The notes under the pieces were generated by a model that saw only the letters and a list, made by a program, of their open reading frames with translations, had not been told where the DNA came from and did no database searches. 64,000 bases of DNA from the human T2T-CHM13v2.0 reference genome, Homo sapiens, in the NCBI RefSeq assembly GCF_009914755.1, contig NC_060941.1, one strand, 5' to 3'. The position numbers and the translations under genes were made by a program. How positions within the stretch are numbered: the first letter of the stretch is position 1; every line of letters begins with the position of its first letter. Shown piece after piece: positions 28,143 through 43,798 of this stretch.

Positions 28143-29959
28143 GTAAGTATCTGTGCAGGTGTGGGGTCTGAAACAGAGGATGCCCAGGGACAGCAGGAGG
28201 GGTCGCTCAAAACAGAGCTCCTTCCCTCCTTTCCCTGCCAAGCCAAGGCTATTACCATGTAGTACATTGTATCATTCTGTCATTTTTCAGTTCTCTAATT
28301 TTTTCCAGCTGTGAGCCAATCAGATTGCTGACACCCCTTTCATGTCTCTTGCAGCATTATCTAGGGATTCATTATTTAAGAAGCCATTTTACCCATGTGT
28401 GTATGTGTGTACACACAGAGAATAAAGTCCCTCTTGTACTGTTGGTATGATGTCAGGGGCAGTTTCTCACTCCCTTCTACAAAGCTTTCCTTCTTCTGAT
28501 GCAGCAATTAGTCGACTATTAATAAAAAGACATTAGGTTATGCTTATTTATTTTTAAAGAATGACATCATTCCAGGCCTTAATGTGTAGCAATGGAGCAA
28601 TTCACAGGTCTTTCCATTTATTACATCATGGAAGCTGATTGAACTTGGCAATTACCTTGCTGTTTTCCCAACAGTTACGGAGGTGCTGAAAAAGGACTTG
28701 GTTGCAAGGGGCTGAATAAACATATATGTGGCTGTATGTCCTCTTATTTTGTTAAGTGAGTTTGTGCCCAGTGAAAAGTACCCACAGAGCCTAGTTTAGA
28801 GTACAGATATCCTCAATTTATTCCATAGCAAATCTACAACTCTCAGTCTGAGAGGTTTCGAATAAAGTCGTGTTAATCTTTAATTAGTTCGCTGGCCATC
28901 AGAGACTATCAGAAAACAAGGGCTGCTAACTAAAAGCTACAAACCTCCCATTTCTAAATTGAGCCATTATAGGAGCATACCAGCTGAAACACTCATAGAT
29001 TCATAGGATTTTGAAAATGAAAAGGACTTTGAGGTTCAATTTTAGACATAGGGGAATTGAACCCTAAATTTCTGAGGAGCTTGATTAATTCTGCACAGTT
29101 AGCAAGTGGGAAGACTGGGTTTATTTCCACAATGTGATAATACCCCCTCTTAAACATGCTACTGCTCTAGAATATGGCAGATTCTCTTTCCATAAGTAGA
29201 ACTTATGATATTTTACTTCAATTTACTTGGTACTTTGTATTGAATTTTTTTTTTTTAATAATCATCTTGTTGCAAGAATACTCAAGCCATAAGGATGCTT
29301 CCCATGTTGAATGACTTTATACTATAATTCAAGACTCAATGCCAGGACGGTTCAAATCACTGATGCTCATGAGCAACTGGAATCATGGCACCTCCCCCTT
29401 CCCAAAAGACTTCACAATTTAAGGACACTGATTAGTCTTCAGCAACAAAATCAATTTTTTTCCTCAACTTTCATTATGGTCAAGGGCAAAGCAGTGGTCT
29501 TATCAATAAAGGATTTGATTATGTTAGTCATTAAGAAGGTAATCAGATCTATTATTACTCAGTGATGGAACTGCCACAGGCCTAACTAATTGAATATAAG
29601 GACATGGCCTTTGACCAAAGCCAGTCAAGGGAAACTTCTTTTTCCACACTCACAGCTTCTGCTTATAATAAGGCCTTGGCATGACAGATAATGAAAAGAC
29701 TCAGAAACTGACCATTGATGTTACCAATATGTATGTGTTTCCAGAATCAAGATTCAGATTTACAAAAAAGATGCGACAATTTGTTCAAGGTTGTAAGCAA
29801 TTAGGCTCCATCCATGAATACACTTAAAAGATTGTCATCCAACTCAAGCTATGGGTTTCAAAGGTTTGCAGAGTTTTTAATACTTTTGTGTGTTTTCAGG
29901 ACGGAAGACCACTGTAAAATGACACCACATAAATATGACTGTTTCGTGTGAGGATATTT

Positions 29960-29968
29960 CTTTCTTTT

Positions 29969-29999
<31 letters not shown>

Positions 30000-30280
30000 G
30001 AGAGGGAGTCTCGCTCTGTCCCCCAGGCTGGAGTGCAGTGTCATGATCTCGACTCACTGCAAGCTCCGCCTCCTGGGTTGACGCCATTCTCCTGCCTCAG
30101 CCTCCCGAGTAGCAGCGACTACAGGCGCCCATCACCACACCTGCCTAATTTTTTGTATTTTTAGTAGAGGCGGGGTTTCACCATGTTAGCCAGGATGGTC
30201 TTGATCTCCTGACCTCGTGATCCGCCCACCTCAGCCTCCCAAAGTGCTGGGATTACAAGCGTGAGCCACCACACCCGGCC
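29960..30280 (-). mobile_element. AluY
   Basis: GCAAGCTCCGCC, ACGCCATTCTCC, long poly-T. TSD GAGGATATTT at 29950 and 30281. Confidence 0.95.
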
Positions 30281-30505
30281 GAGGATATTTATTTCAACAT
30301 TTATGGTGATTGTCCCATCCATAGGAGAGTAAGCACAGCACCTCACATGAAGTGGACCATCAGGTGTGTTTACCAACAATAAATGGACTGTATTACTCAG
30401 CCCCAGACTCCAGGAAGAAAACTTGTCCATAACAAAATATGATTAGCTGAACAATATGGCTGGTGCAGCAACACAAATGCCTTAAATACACACCAGCCTT
30501 ACCAC

Positions 30506-31461
<956 letters not shown>

Positions 31462-31569
31462 CCCACAGATTCCAGCACAGGATCCTAACAGTTCCTATAC
31501 CATATGCATGGCCAATGACACTAGGTATTGGACAATTTATGTATCCACTAGACTTTGTTACTTAATGAG

Positions 31570-32057
31570 AGGCACCCCCAGCATCGACATTGCTGGAAGC
31601 GTGCCAAAGAAACAGAGTCTTGGGCTCCCACCAAGACCCACTAAATGAGAATCTACACTCAAACAAGATCCCCAGGTGATTCATTTGCAAATTAAAGTTT
31701 GAGAAACCCTGTTTTAGAGAAGTAGTTATCACAACTTGAACACACTTTGGAATAATGAAGAGTTTTAGAAAAGACGAATGCCTGAGTCTGACCCCCTAGA
31801 CATTCTGATTTAATTAATATGAGGGTACAACTTGGGCCCTGGGATTTTAATGTGTAGCAGTTTGCCAACCTCCGCTCTAGAGCAGTTTCTCAAGCTTCAT
31901 TGATAAAAATCTCCAGGAAATGCATGTTATAGTTTCAAATTCTCAGGATTCCTCCTGGACTCATGATTTCAGTATCTCCAAGAGCCAGGTTTTGGAGGCT
32001 GCATTTTTACCAGCACCCTAGGTGACTCTTCATCAGGAACGTTTGGAAAACACTGTT
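31570..32057. mobile_element. three adjacent MER5-family MITEs
   Basis: Three units ending TTTGAGAAACCCTG, TTTGCCAACCTCCG and TTTGGAAAACACTG, with MER5-like interiors. Confidence 0.6.
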
Positions 32058-32269
32058 TCAGAGTAGTTCAAAGACATAGAACCCAGAAAAGAAGGAGTAT
32101 CTATCAAAGCAATGTGCTTCTTGACTCTCCTAATACATGGCATTACTTCGTGTGTCATCATAGAAATGCCCATTCATGAGGCACAATTATGAATTTATTG
32201 TGCTTGGTTCACTAATGAATTGTGTTGACTAGTAATCTCTATATTTTAGAACAGGATCTTTAAATTCAT

Positions 32270-33335
32270 CATTTACTCATTCATTCATTCCAAAAATATT
32301 TATTGAAGGCTATAAGTACCAGACCAAGTTCTAATTACAGTAGACCCTTGAACAACATGGGCATTAGGGGTACTGACCCCCACACTATCAAAGACCCCCA
32401 TGTAACTTTTGACTCCTCCAAAATTTAACTACTAATAGCCTGCTATTGACTAAAAGCCTTCCCAATCCACACGTTTTGTGTGTTATGTGTATTATATGCT
32501 GTATTGTTAAAGTAAGTTAGAGAAAAGAAAATGTTATTAAGAAAATTAAAAGAGAAAATATATTTACTATTCATTAAGGAGGCGTGGATCATCACAAAGG
32601 TCTTTATCCTTGCTGTCTTCACTTTGAGTAGGCGGAGGAGGAGGAGAAAAAGTGGGCTTGGTCTTGCCGTCCCACTGGTTGCAAAGGTGGAAGGAAATTT
32701 GCAATAAGCAGGCTCATGTAGTTCAAATCCATGTTGCTCAAGGGTCAATGGTACCGAGGATATAATGTTGAACAAATAGAAGTCCCTACTACCTGGCATC
32801 TCTATTCTAATAAGAGACTAAATAGTAAAAAAAAAAAAAAGTAGTAAACAGGATAACCTAGTTATATATTTGAGGTGTTGTGAAAGAATAAAACTCATTA
32901 AATAGCAGAAACTGGCTAAGGGTAAAGAGTAGTTTACGTTAGGCAGGCTAATGGGAGTTAGATTTATTAATAAACTATGAGAACCTCTTTAAAAGAAACT
33001 CAGAAAAGTGTGCTCCAGACAGAGGAATAGCAAGTGCAAAAGGCCTGAGCTGGAACAAGCTCAGTGTGTTCTAAGAATAGAATATCAATGTAGTGGTTTC
33101 ACAGAGAACAGGAATGTTTCAGGGTGAGGTGGCAGAAACAAGCATGGAATCAAGTCATGCAGGATCTTGCGGGCCCTGATAAAGGGGTTGGGTTTGACTC
33201 AAAGAAGAGTTGAAAGTCACTGGAAGATTTTGACAGACAAGTGATATGTTTTGGAAGCTTTTTGGAGAATGAATTTTGGTGGTCAGAGTGGAAGCCTGTT
33301 GGGCAGCTATTACAGTTGTCCAGGTAAGAGATGAA
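32270..33335 (-). mobile_element. L2, split by Tigger2
   Basis: CATTCATTCATT..AAATATTTATTGA 3' end, then CCAGACAGAGGAATAGCAAGTGCAAAAGGCCTGAG and GTCCAGGTAAGAGATGA. Confidence 0.8.
32338..32750 (-). mobile_element. Tigger2-derived element (Tigger2a-like)
   Basis: TIRs CAGTAGACCCTTGAACAACA / TGTTGCTCAAGGGTCAATG with TA-type flanks. Confidence 0.85.
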
Positions 33336-34230
33336 GGTTTTTTGGCCTGGAGAAAGTTCACCTATTCCCCAGTGTTTGTTCTATCGAAATATTTCTATCA
33401 GTTGATTTTCTTCCCCTGTTTAAGGAAAAAGAAAAAGAAAAACAGATTTTTTTTCCCCTGTGGTTTTTATGTTTTATAGAAGCCTTTTTTTTTCTTTGTA
33501 CATCCAACCAGAACAAGTGAATTCTTACCATTTTCGGAGTGAGAGTGGGGGAGGACTGTCCACCCATTCCTGATGAGCCTTTTACTATGGTTTAGGTAAA
33601 GATTTTTATTCATAAATCTCTAGAGTATTTGCTTTTCATGACTTTTTTTCTAACTTTGGTTTTGAAGCCCCTTTAATGCTCTTTGTCAATTGTGCAATGC
33701 TTTCCATGTGAGTGGAAGGAGAACTCATACCATTTCGAGTGGTTAAGTGCCTTTAAATGATTTAAAATGCTGGGAAGATATTTAAGTCTTTGGCAGGGGG
33801 ATTTGAAGAGCATGTTATTTCCAGCTGTGGGTTAGGTCCATATTTGGATGGAGAAATTCTTAGCATCAAGAATATCACAGAATACATCCAGGTGTTTTTA
33901 AGAGCTGCAAAAATGTCACAGCTAAGAAGAACCTTTCATTGTTCCTTCAAGATACTACACTGCCACACTCCTTTCTCAATGAAAATGAATACCATGAATC
34001 GTGCTGCTGAAAGGACTCTTGGATTCAATCCAGGAGGCTAGGAGGAAAGTGGGCTTTGGAGAACATTAAAAGCAGGAAACTGGAGCAGGAGAGTGTGGGC
34101 ACTTGCGAAGGTGCTAAAGATGAACAGGACTTAGCTTTGTAAAGAAGGTGGTTGGGGGTAGGTGGTAGAAAATTCCATTCTGGAAGAGTAAGAGTTATAA
34201 AGAATGGGAATTGGGAGGGGAACTCGAAAA

Positions 34231-34575
34231 GTAATAAAGCATTACATTTATGGTGTTAGGTTAAGAAGAAGAAGAAGAAAGACTATGTCTTTATGATTTG
34301 AGTAACATAGTTGCTCTTGGGACCTGGATAAGTTATCAGCTCACAGGCAGTTATACTAAACATTGTTTTAACTGGGATGTTAGTATATTTGCCTGTATTT
34401 TAAGGTTGACATTCAGGAGGACAATCAGACAACATATTCCTTTGTGTTGCTTTCAGAGAGAGGACAAGGTGGTGATTAGACCATGGAGCATTTCAAACTG
34501 AAGACTGCATGAAATCTGCTGGGCTGTGATCCAATTAATGGCAAAGCAATTCAACATAATTGACCCCCAAATAGT
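34231..34575 (+). repeat. 345-bp local duplication, copy 2
   Basis: Direct repeat of 27699-28043 at offset 6,532 bp. Confidence 0.95.
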
Positions 34576-35264
34576 TGACTCAGTGACACATGGATAGAGC
34601 TTTGACAGCTTAGCAGTGAGATCAGGAAAGGAAATTAATATGTGATTTAAGTAAATTCAGGAATCTGGTAGTTTAATGGACTTAGACACTTTCATCCTTT
34701 GTTATTAAATTGAATCTGGCCCAGTTAGGAGTTATTGGAAAATTGATTGTAATAAACTGGCGTCTGTGATATGCTTCTTCCTGGATCACCTGGGGGAAAT
34801 GATTCAACAACAGCACAGGCACACACTCACACACTTAACTTACACAGACCCACCTTGTGTTTCTTCCTAGCAGGGTGGGTGTAAAGTGTGATAAATGGTG
34901 AAAAGGTTTGGAACCAAAAGTAGGACTTATGAATGCCAGAAAACCCAGGGTTGGACATAGTTCAAGCAACACATTTTTAATTAAAAGAAAAAATTGGTCT
35001 TAAGCTTGTTTCTTCTAGATTCAGGTTTCATATTTAATCTAACATTTTCATGGCTGCTGTAAGGACTTGGGTTTGTTGCTTAAGTCTCCCTTGAAATACC
35101 TGTTTATTCATTGGGTTTTAGACTCTACTGCTGTGACTCTTCCCCCACCACTTTATCTATGCATGTGCGGGTATATGTGTCATGATATAATATATGTGAA
35201 GACAGCAGGTTTAAATTTTTCATTAGTTTGTTAGTGCAGAAGGAATACATAATTAGAAAACTTT

Positions 35265-35575
35265 AAACCATTAAGTGAAATAACTCAGAAATAGAAAATC
35301 AAATACGGCATGTTCTCACTTATAAGTAGGAGCTAAATAATGTGAACACATGGACACATAGAGCAGTATAATAGACACTGGAGTCTCAGAAAGGTGGGAT
35401 AGTGGATAGCGGGAGGTGTTGGTGAGAGATGAGAAATTACCTAATGGGTACAATGTACACTATGTGGATGATAGTTACACTGAAAGCCCAAACTTCTCCA
35501 GTGTGCAATATAACCATGTAAGAAAGCTGCACTTGCACCCAACAATCTATTTTTAAAATTTTAAATGTAAATAAA
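35265..35575 (+). mobile_element. L1MA-type 3' end
   Basis: GCATGTTCTCACTTATAAGTAGGAGCTAAA..GAGAAATTACCTAATGGGTACAATGTACAC. Confidence 0.85.
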
Positions 35576-36153
35576 ATTAAATTAAATTTCAAATTATATG
35601 AAAGTATTTGAAGCAAAAGGTAAAAGAATATTTAAATTTAAATAGACATTGTCAAATAGTCTTACACAGAAAGCTTGTGCCAATTTATACTCTCACAAAC
35701 AGTATATGAGAAATCCCTTTTTTTATTCCTTTGCATAGTTTGTATAATAGTTTAGTATATGTGTCTCAGTGTAAACTTGAGCGTTTATGAATGTGGAGTT
35801 CGGGGTTTGTTTGTTTTCATTTCACAAAATGATGTTGCTTACTGTTCTCCAGGCTCCCTGTCTGCTTCATATTCCTCTCAAATAGCAAGCTCCAGCCAGG
35901 GCCAGGTCTATATCCTTACTCCTTCCTTGGCCTGGGAGACTTCTTTGATTCTGCTAAGTTGTCATCTTCTCATCTTCCAAGCCTTAGCTCAAACAAAATT
36001 TTCCCTACAGAATTTCCCTCTCCACTGTTATAGAGAAATCCCAATTCACTCCAAAGTAACCATCTGTATCACACTTCTCTATTTATTTCCCTCAAAGAAT
36101 GTATCAGAATCTGAAATACCCTTGACCATGTATTTATTTGTTTTCTCTCTCTC

Positions 36154-38742
<2,589 letters not shown>

Positions 38743-39417
38743 CTGGTGGAGCACCAGTGTCTTGAGATCCGAGATTTGTGTGTCTTTTACTGTACTCTTT
38801 TTCCAACCTGGCCCAGTGGCTGTCAGAGAATGAAGTTGAATTTGTTGTATTGATGGATTAGCAGCTCCTCCATGGTCCTGGAAGGATTAACAGGCCCTGA
38901 ATGGAGAGGAGGGAGGCAGATAGACATGGTGTCTGACATCTCCACTGATGTTACAGCTTCATACCCAGTAGTTCTTTTGAGATAAACATGATGTTCCCCA
39001 TTAAGCTGGTGAACTTTAAATAAACAAGAGAGGGTTTTTTTTTTTCTCCAGGTTCTCCTTTTGAGATGAAACTGTAGGAAATCTATCACATTTGAAATTC
39101 TTGCTCATGTTTTTCTATTTAGTTCAACTTATTTTCCAAATTACAATTTGGGTCATAAATACCAAAATAAGTTGCTTGGTATTTTTGGGAAAACAGTATA
39201 TTAATTTATCTGATTTTTGCATTTTTTCTACTTCTAAGAAAAAACAGGAGACATTCATGGCAATGTGATATGACAGGAGATTGTCCTGTTGGTAGTGATG
39301 GTTTGTTTTTTTTCTGTATTGCCCACCCATTGTACAGCATTCAGAGAATTCTGAAAGTATAAAGAAGGAATTGTAATTCTTAAATTACCTTTTATTGTCA
39401 AAATAAGCATTTTTTTC

Positions 39418-39905
39418 TTGAGCTGGATTTCTCAAAAGCAAACACTGAGAGAAGAATTGGCATGTACGTTATTTATTTTGGAAGTAACCTCAAGATCACC
39501 TGTAGGAGAGTGGGGAAGTAAGAGGAGGAAGGAAGGTATTCGACAGAAAGTGTGTTGAAGAGCAGGTCACCATCATAAGCAACGGGCTTAATCCTGCTGG
39601 GGATGTCTGTGAGGCTATATAATACAGACCTCTGAGTTGTCCCACTCAGTTAAAAGTAAATTGATGTATTCATATGCCATGTCCGGCCCATGATTGGTTG
39701 AGGGCTGCTGCTAGGGATGTTAACTTGCTGGGCACCCACTCATGTCTTCTGGTCCTGCTCCAAGCACAGACTGACGAAGTTACCATGGTCAAAGAAAGCC
39801 CTTAGGCTGAGACTCGGGGGAAGGTACATTAAAAAGAGAGCATGCACCAGAACAGTGTGTGGTACAGAGGCACAGGAGGGCATGGACAGCGCCTCCCACA
39901 CAATC
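39418..39905 (-). mobile_element. LTR16-like ERVL LTR
   Basis: AAGCAAACACTGAGA..TTTATTTTGGAAGTAACC..GGAGAGTGGGGAAGTAAGA. Confidence 0.6.
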
Positions 39906-40059
39906 ATTAGAGACTGGCTGGCATAGACCCAATCCAGCACCAAGTTCTACCCTCCCCTACAAACAGGCAGTGCTTAACAGATACAGCAGTAACAGAAACA
40001 ATAGTTTAGGAAAATCAAATTCAAGACTGAACATACCAACAAAAGTCACCTTTAGTGGT

Positions 40060-40361
40060 TGTGGCAGTGAACCAAGGCTCCAAACATGCTTGCACCAGGT
40101 GACTTGGTCTCTTGTGTTCCTGTCATTCACCAGGAGGAGAACATGCACCCACGTAGTTGCTTGTCCAAGGAGAGTGTGAAGTGGGGCAAACCTGAATCCA
40201 ACCCAAATGCAGAAGCCCAGCCCAGCTAAATGTCACCTAGAGTAGAGCCACCTTAGTCTGCAGATGTGTGAGCAAGAAAAATAAATGCTTATCATTGTCA
40301 GTCACTACTTTTCAGGATTGTTTGTTATGCAGTATTATTGCAACAATAGCTGACTGACACA
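40060..40361 (+). mobile_element. old MLT1 LTR
   Basis: AATAAATGCTTATCATTGT..TTTGTTATGCAGTATTATTGCAACAATAGCTGACTGACACA 3' end. Confidence 0.7.
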
Positions 40362-41399
40362 ATACTCCAGGGAACAGATTTAATAGAGCAATGAGAACAA
40401 TAGTTTAAATTTTTAATTGCAATCTTCACAGACATAGAGTGGATATTACAGACCTTTTTAAAAAGGAAGAGAGAATCAATGAGACAGCTTGTGAATTATA
40501 AATGCTATCACTAAAATTAAAATCTCAGAAATGTGGACTAAATGGTATCATGGATACAGACAAAGAAGAATAAATTCTTGAGTTCCTAGATACAGCCTAA
40601 AACTTGACCTGATGTTTAGCACAAAGAAAGAAAAAAATAACTATAAATCTTGATAAATGATGGATAGATCCAAGAAAGGAGGAAAGCAGATGTGAGAAGT
40701 AGTGATGGGAAAAAATATCGAAGAATTAAGAGCTCATCAAATATTTGAGAAGGAATGAATGAAAAAGGGCCACCATTGAGATACATTGCGGCAAATTTTT
40801 ATTAGAATAATAAAATTTGAGGTAGAGAAAAGGATACCTATGAGGGAAAAAGACTGAATTAATACCAATGCTCTCATCAGCAATGTTGGATTTAAACATT
40901 AAAATTAAAAAAAGTTTTGATAAATTAGAAACAGAGGGAAATTTTACTAACTAACTAAATGATAATCCTAGGAACCTATAGCAAACGTCATACTTAATGG
41001 TGAAACAATTAAATTATTCTTTTTATAGTTTGTCAATTTTAATTTTCAGTTTCAAATATGTCATACGTAACTTTTCAAGCTAAATTGATACAGATCTATA
41101 CAAAGAGTGTGAAGGGTTGCATACTATTTCATTCTATACCTGATGTGTTCTAATGTATTTAGTCAGTCCCTCTTTTGTAGGGGATTGATGATGTCTAATT
41201 TAAAATTGAAAAATGTGCATGACAGTTGAAAATTCCTCTACCCTCTCTAAATCTGATTGGATATTACCAATATCTTTAATCTTGAGTAATTAATGACTAA
41301 AAAATACATCTTCTGGGTTTATTAAAATATTCTTTTACAAGTACTACTCTGCAGTGTATATGCTGTGGAAATTTTAAAAATAAAATCGAAAAATAAAAG

Positions 41400-41532
41400 T
41401 ACTACTCAGCTCAGGAGGCTAAGGTGGAAGGATCGCTTGAGTCTGGGAGGTGGAGGTTGCAGTGAGCCAAGTTCATGGCACTGCACTCCAGCCTAGGCAA
41501 CAAACTTCTCTCAAAACAAGCAAACAAAAGAA
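41400..41532 (+). mobile_element. Alu right-arm/FRAM fragment
   Basis: CTCAGGAGGCTAAGGTGGAAGGATCGCTTGAG..CACTCCAGCCTAGGCAAC. Confidence 0.8.
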
Positions 41533-42149
41533 AGTGCCACTAAAGCTAAAGATCCTCTTATATTTTTTCATTCAATATGAATGACTGGTGAATACGTGCA
41601 CCAGGTCTTTCCCGAGCAATAGGAATACATCACTGAACCAAATGCGATTCACTGCCCTCAAGAACCCCATGTCTTCCTTCTTTTACCAGCTATCTGTTAA
41701 TCTACTCAGCTGGTCTTCTTGCTCCCTTTGATTTTTACAAACCATTCATGCATTAGAGTAGTAATCCTTTGTCATGTGTGTTACAAAAATTTGTAGCACG
41801 CTGTTTATGTTTTAGCTCTTTAGAGTTCTTTTGTGGAATCTCAGGGAAGTTTTGACTTTATGTAGACACATTTTTTATGTTTGCCTATTTTTCTATCTAT
41901 TTATCCCAGGATTGAAGAAATAGTCTCCTACATTTTCTTCTAATATTTTTATAATTATTGAGCTTTTAACTGAAACTTTTAACAGATTTATTCCCTGCCT
42001 GGGCATGACTTAAGAATCATATATACCATGTATAATCTAGAGTGCATTGTTTGGTAATGAAAGAGTGCTTTCACATATTAATGGTTATGCTTTTACTCCT
42101 GCATCAGATTCTCCTGTGTTAAACATGGTGATGTCACCAGAATGGTATC

Positions 42150-42660
42150 AAATCACCCAAGTCAAAATGTTCTTCTTCGAAGCAGCTGATGCCTTTAGAA
42201 TAAGGTCCAAAATCCTTAACATGGCTTACACAGCCTTTCACCACAGGCCTCCCTAGCCTCTCCCCAGCGCAGCTCACCCTCCTCTTCCTGGCCCCTGCAC
42301 CTACTTCAATTGCGGCTCCCTGCACATGTCATGCCCTCTCCCCTGGAGCCCTCCTGCCTGACCTGGTTGCTTCTCACTTAGCTAACTCCTATTTATCCCT
42401 CAGTTTCCATGTTCCCTGCTCAAGGAAAGGCTGGCAGTCAGTTTATAAATATTTCTTGGGCCACCTACTAAATGCCAGTCCAATGATCACCCTCACTCCG
42501 CAACCAAGGCTGAAGAGGTATTAATCCTATGTCTGGCATATCAGCCATCACAACAACTTACAACAGCCTCATGCTTGATGGTAACAAATTGCTAGGCAGC
42601 AAGCATCTTGAGGGTAAGGACCTTGTCTTTTTCACTAGCATTGCAGCAGCTGACATAGAA
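42150..42660 (+). mobile_element. L2 fragment
   Basis: AGAATAAGGTCCAAAATCCTTAACATGGCTTACA and AAGCATCTTGAGGGTAAGGACCTTGTC. Confidence 0.65.
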
Positions 42661-42799
42661 ATCAAAGTGAATACAGACAAAATGGTAAACCAATGAGAGC
42701 CAGGAGGAAAGTATGATATAATTTCATTTCCTGGAAAGTGAATAGGGCAAGAGAAAATATGCCTGTTGTTCAAATACCTGTGCCATGGGTGGCTTTGAA

Positions 42800-43340
42800 A
42801 GAACACTGACTTTGAAGTCAGGAGAACTTGTTTCAACTTGTGGTGGCATCCAGTCCCAACCCTATGACCTTGAATGAGTAAACTTTTTCAGCTCCTGTTT
42901 CCTCATGTATTAATCAGCATAACGCCTATGCTATCCAAATCTCAGGGTTATTACATTTCTTGAACTTTATGATGTGCCACACATTGCAATTATTTCATTA
43001 ATTTTATTACCTTGTTTAATCTTCATGCTGTATGGTGGAGATATTATTATTATCCTCACCCATAAGTTGGAGAGTCTAAGGACACTGGGCCCACATGAGG
43101 AAATTAGAGAGGGTTACTTAGTGTAGTAAGAGTACTTAGAGTTTATTTAGTGTCGTCTGAACCTTGGAGGGGTTAAATGAGCTAACCAAGTTCACACAGC
43201 TTCAAAATGGTAGAGCTGAGATTCTGACCCAGGACTGCTCGACACCTGAGCAAGAGCACTTAATCACTGCTTAAGGCTCACTCATGTCAGAACAAGAGAG
43301 TTTGTAAGTGGACAGGCTTTGCAAACTGTCAAGCACAAGG
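42800..43340. mobile_element. MIR fragments
   Basis: GACTTTGAAGTCAG..TGACCTTGAATGAGT and GGTTAAATGAGCTAACCAAGTTCACACAGC..GGTAGAGCTGAGATT. Confidence 0.6.
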
Positions 43341-43499
43341 TAAATGCTGGTGATGAGGAGCAAGTCATTTGTACAACAAGGAAGGCAGCGGTATCATCTG
43401 GACGTATGTTTGCCTTCAGGGAGGGATGAATGCCTGGGATTTCAGATCTGATCCAAGTTCAATGTGTCTGGCCCAAGGTTATTTTTGATTCAAGGCCAC

Positions 43500-43700
43500 T
43501 GTGTCCTGGTTTCTATCAACACTGAAATAAACACCGCTTTGCAATCTGCGCCTTTTATTAATGATGTGACTCACTTAATGAGGGCTTTGCTGACTCACAT
43601 CAATCTTCTTTGTAGAAGAGGCCCATCAAGGAATTGTAGACAGCTGCCAGGCTGGATCTACTCTGCGTCAGCGTTTGGCAAGTTCAGCCACCCTGCAAAC
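43500..43700. promoter_or_regulatory. candidate AP-1/NF-E2(ARE)/FOX enhancer
   Basis: TGACTCA 43567, TGCTGACTCAC 43588-43598, TGCGTCA 43664, ATAAACA 43527, CAGCTG 43641. Confidence 0.45.
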
Positions 43701-43756
43701 ACCTTCTTGCTTCAGAAGAGGGGAAAGAGTGAAGCTTCAAGGCTAAAGATCAGCAC

Positions 43757-43798
43757 AACACACACACACACAGACACACACACACACACACACACACA
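43757..43798. repeat. (CA)n microsatellite, one interruption
   Basis: Directly visible. Confidence 0.95.
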
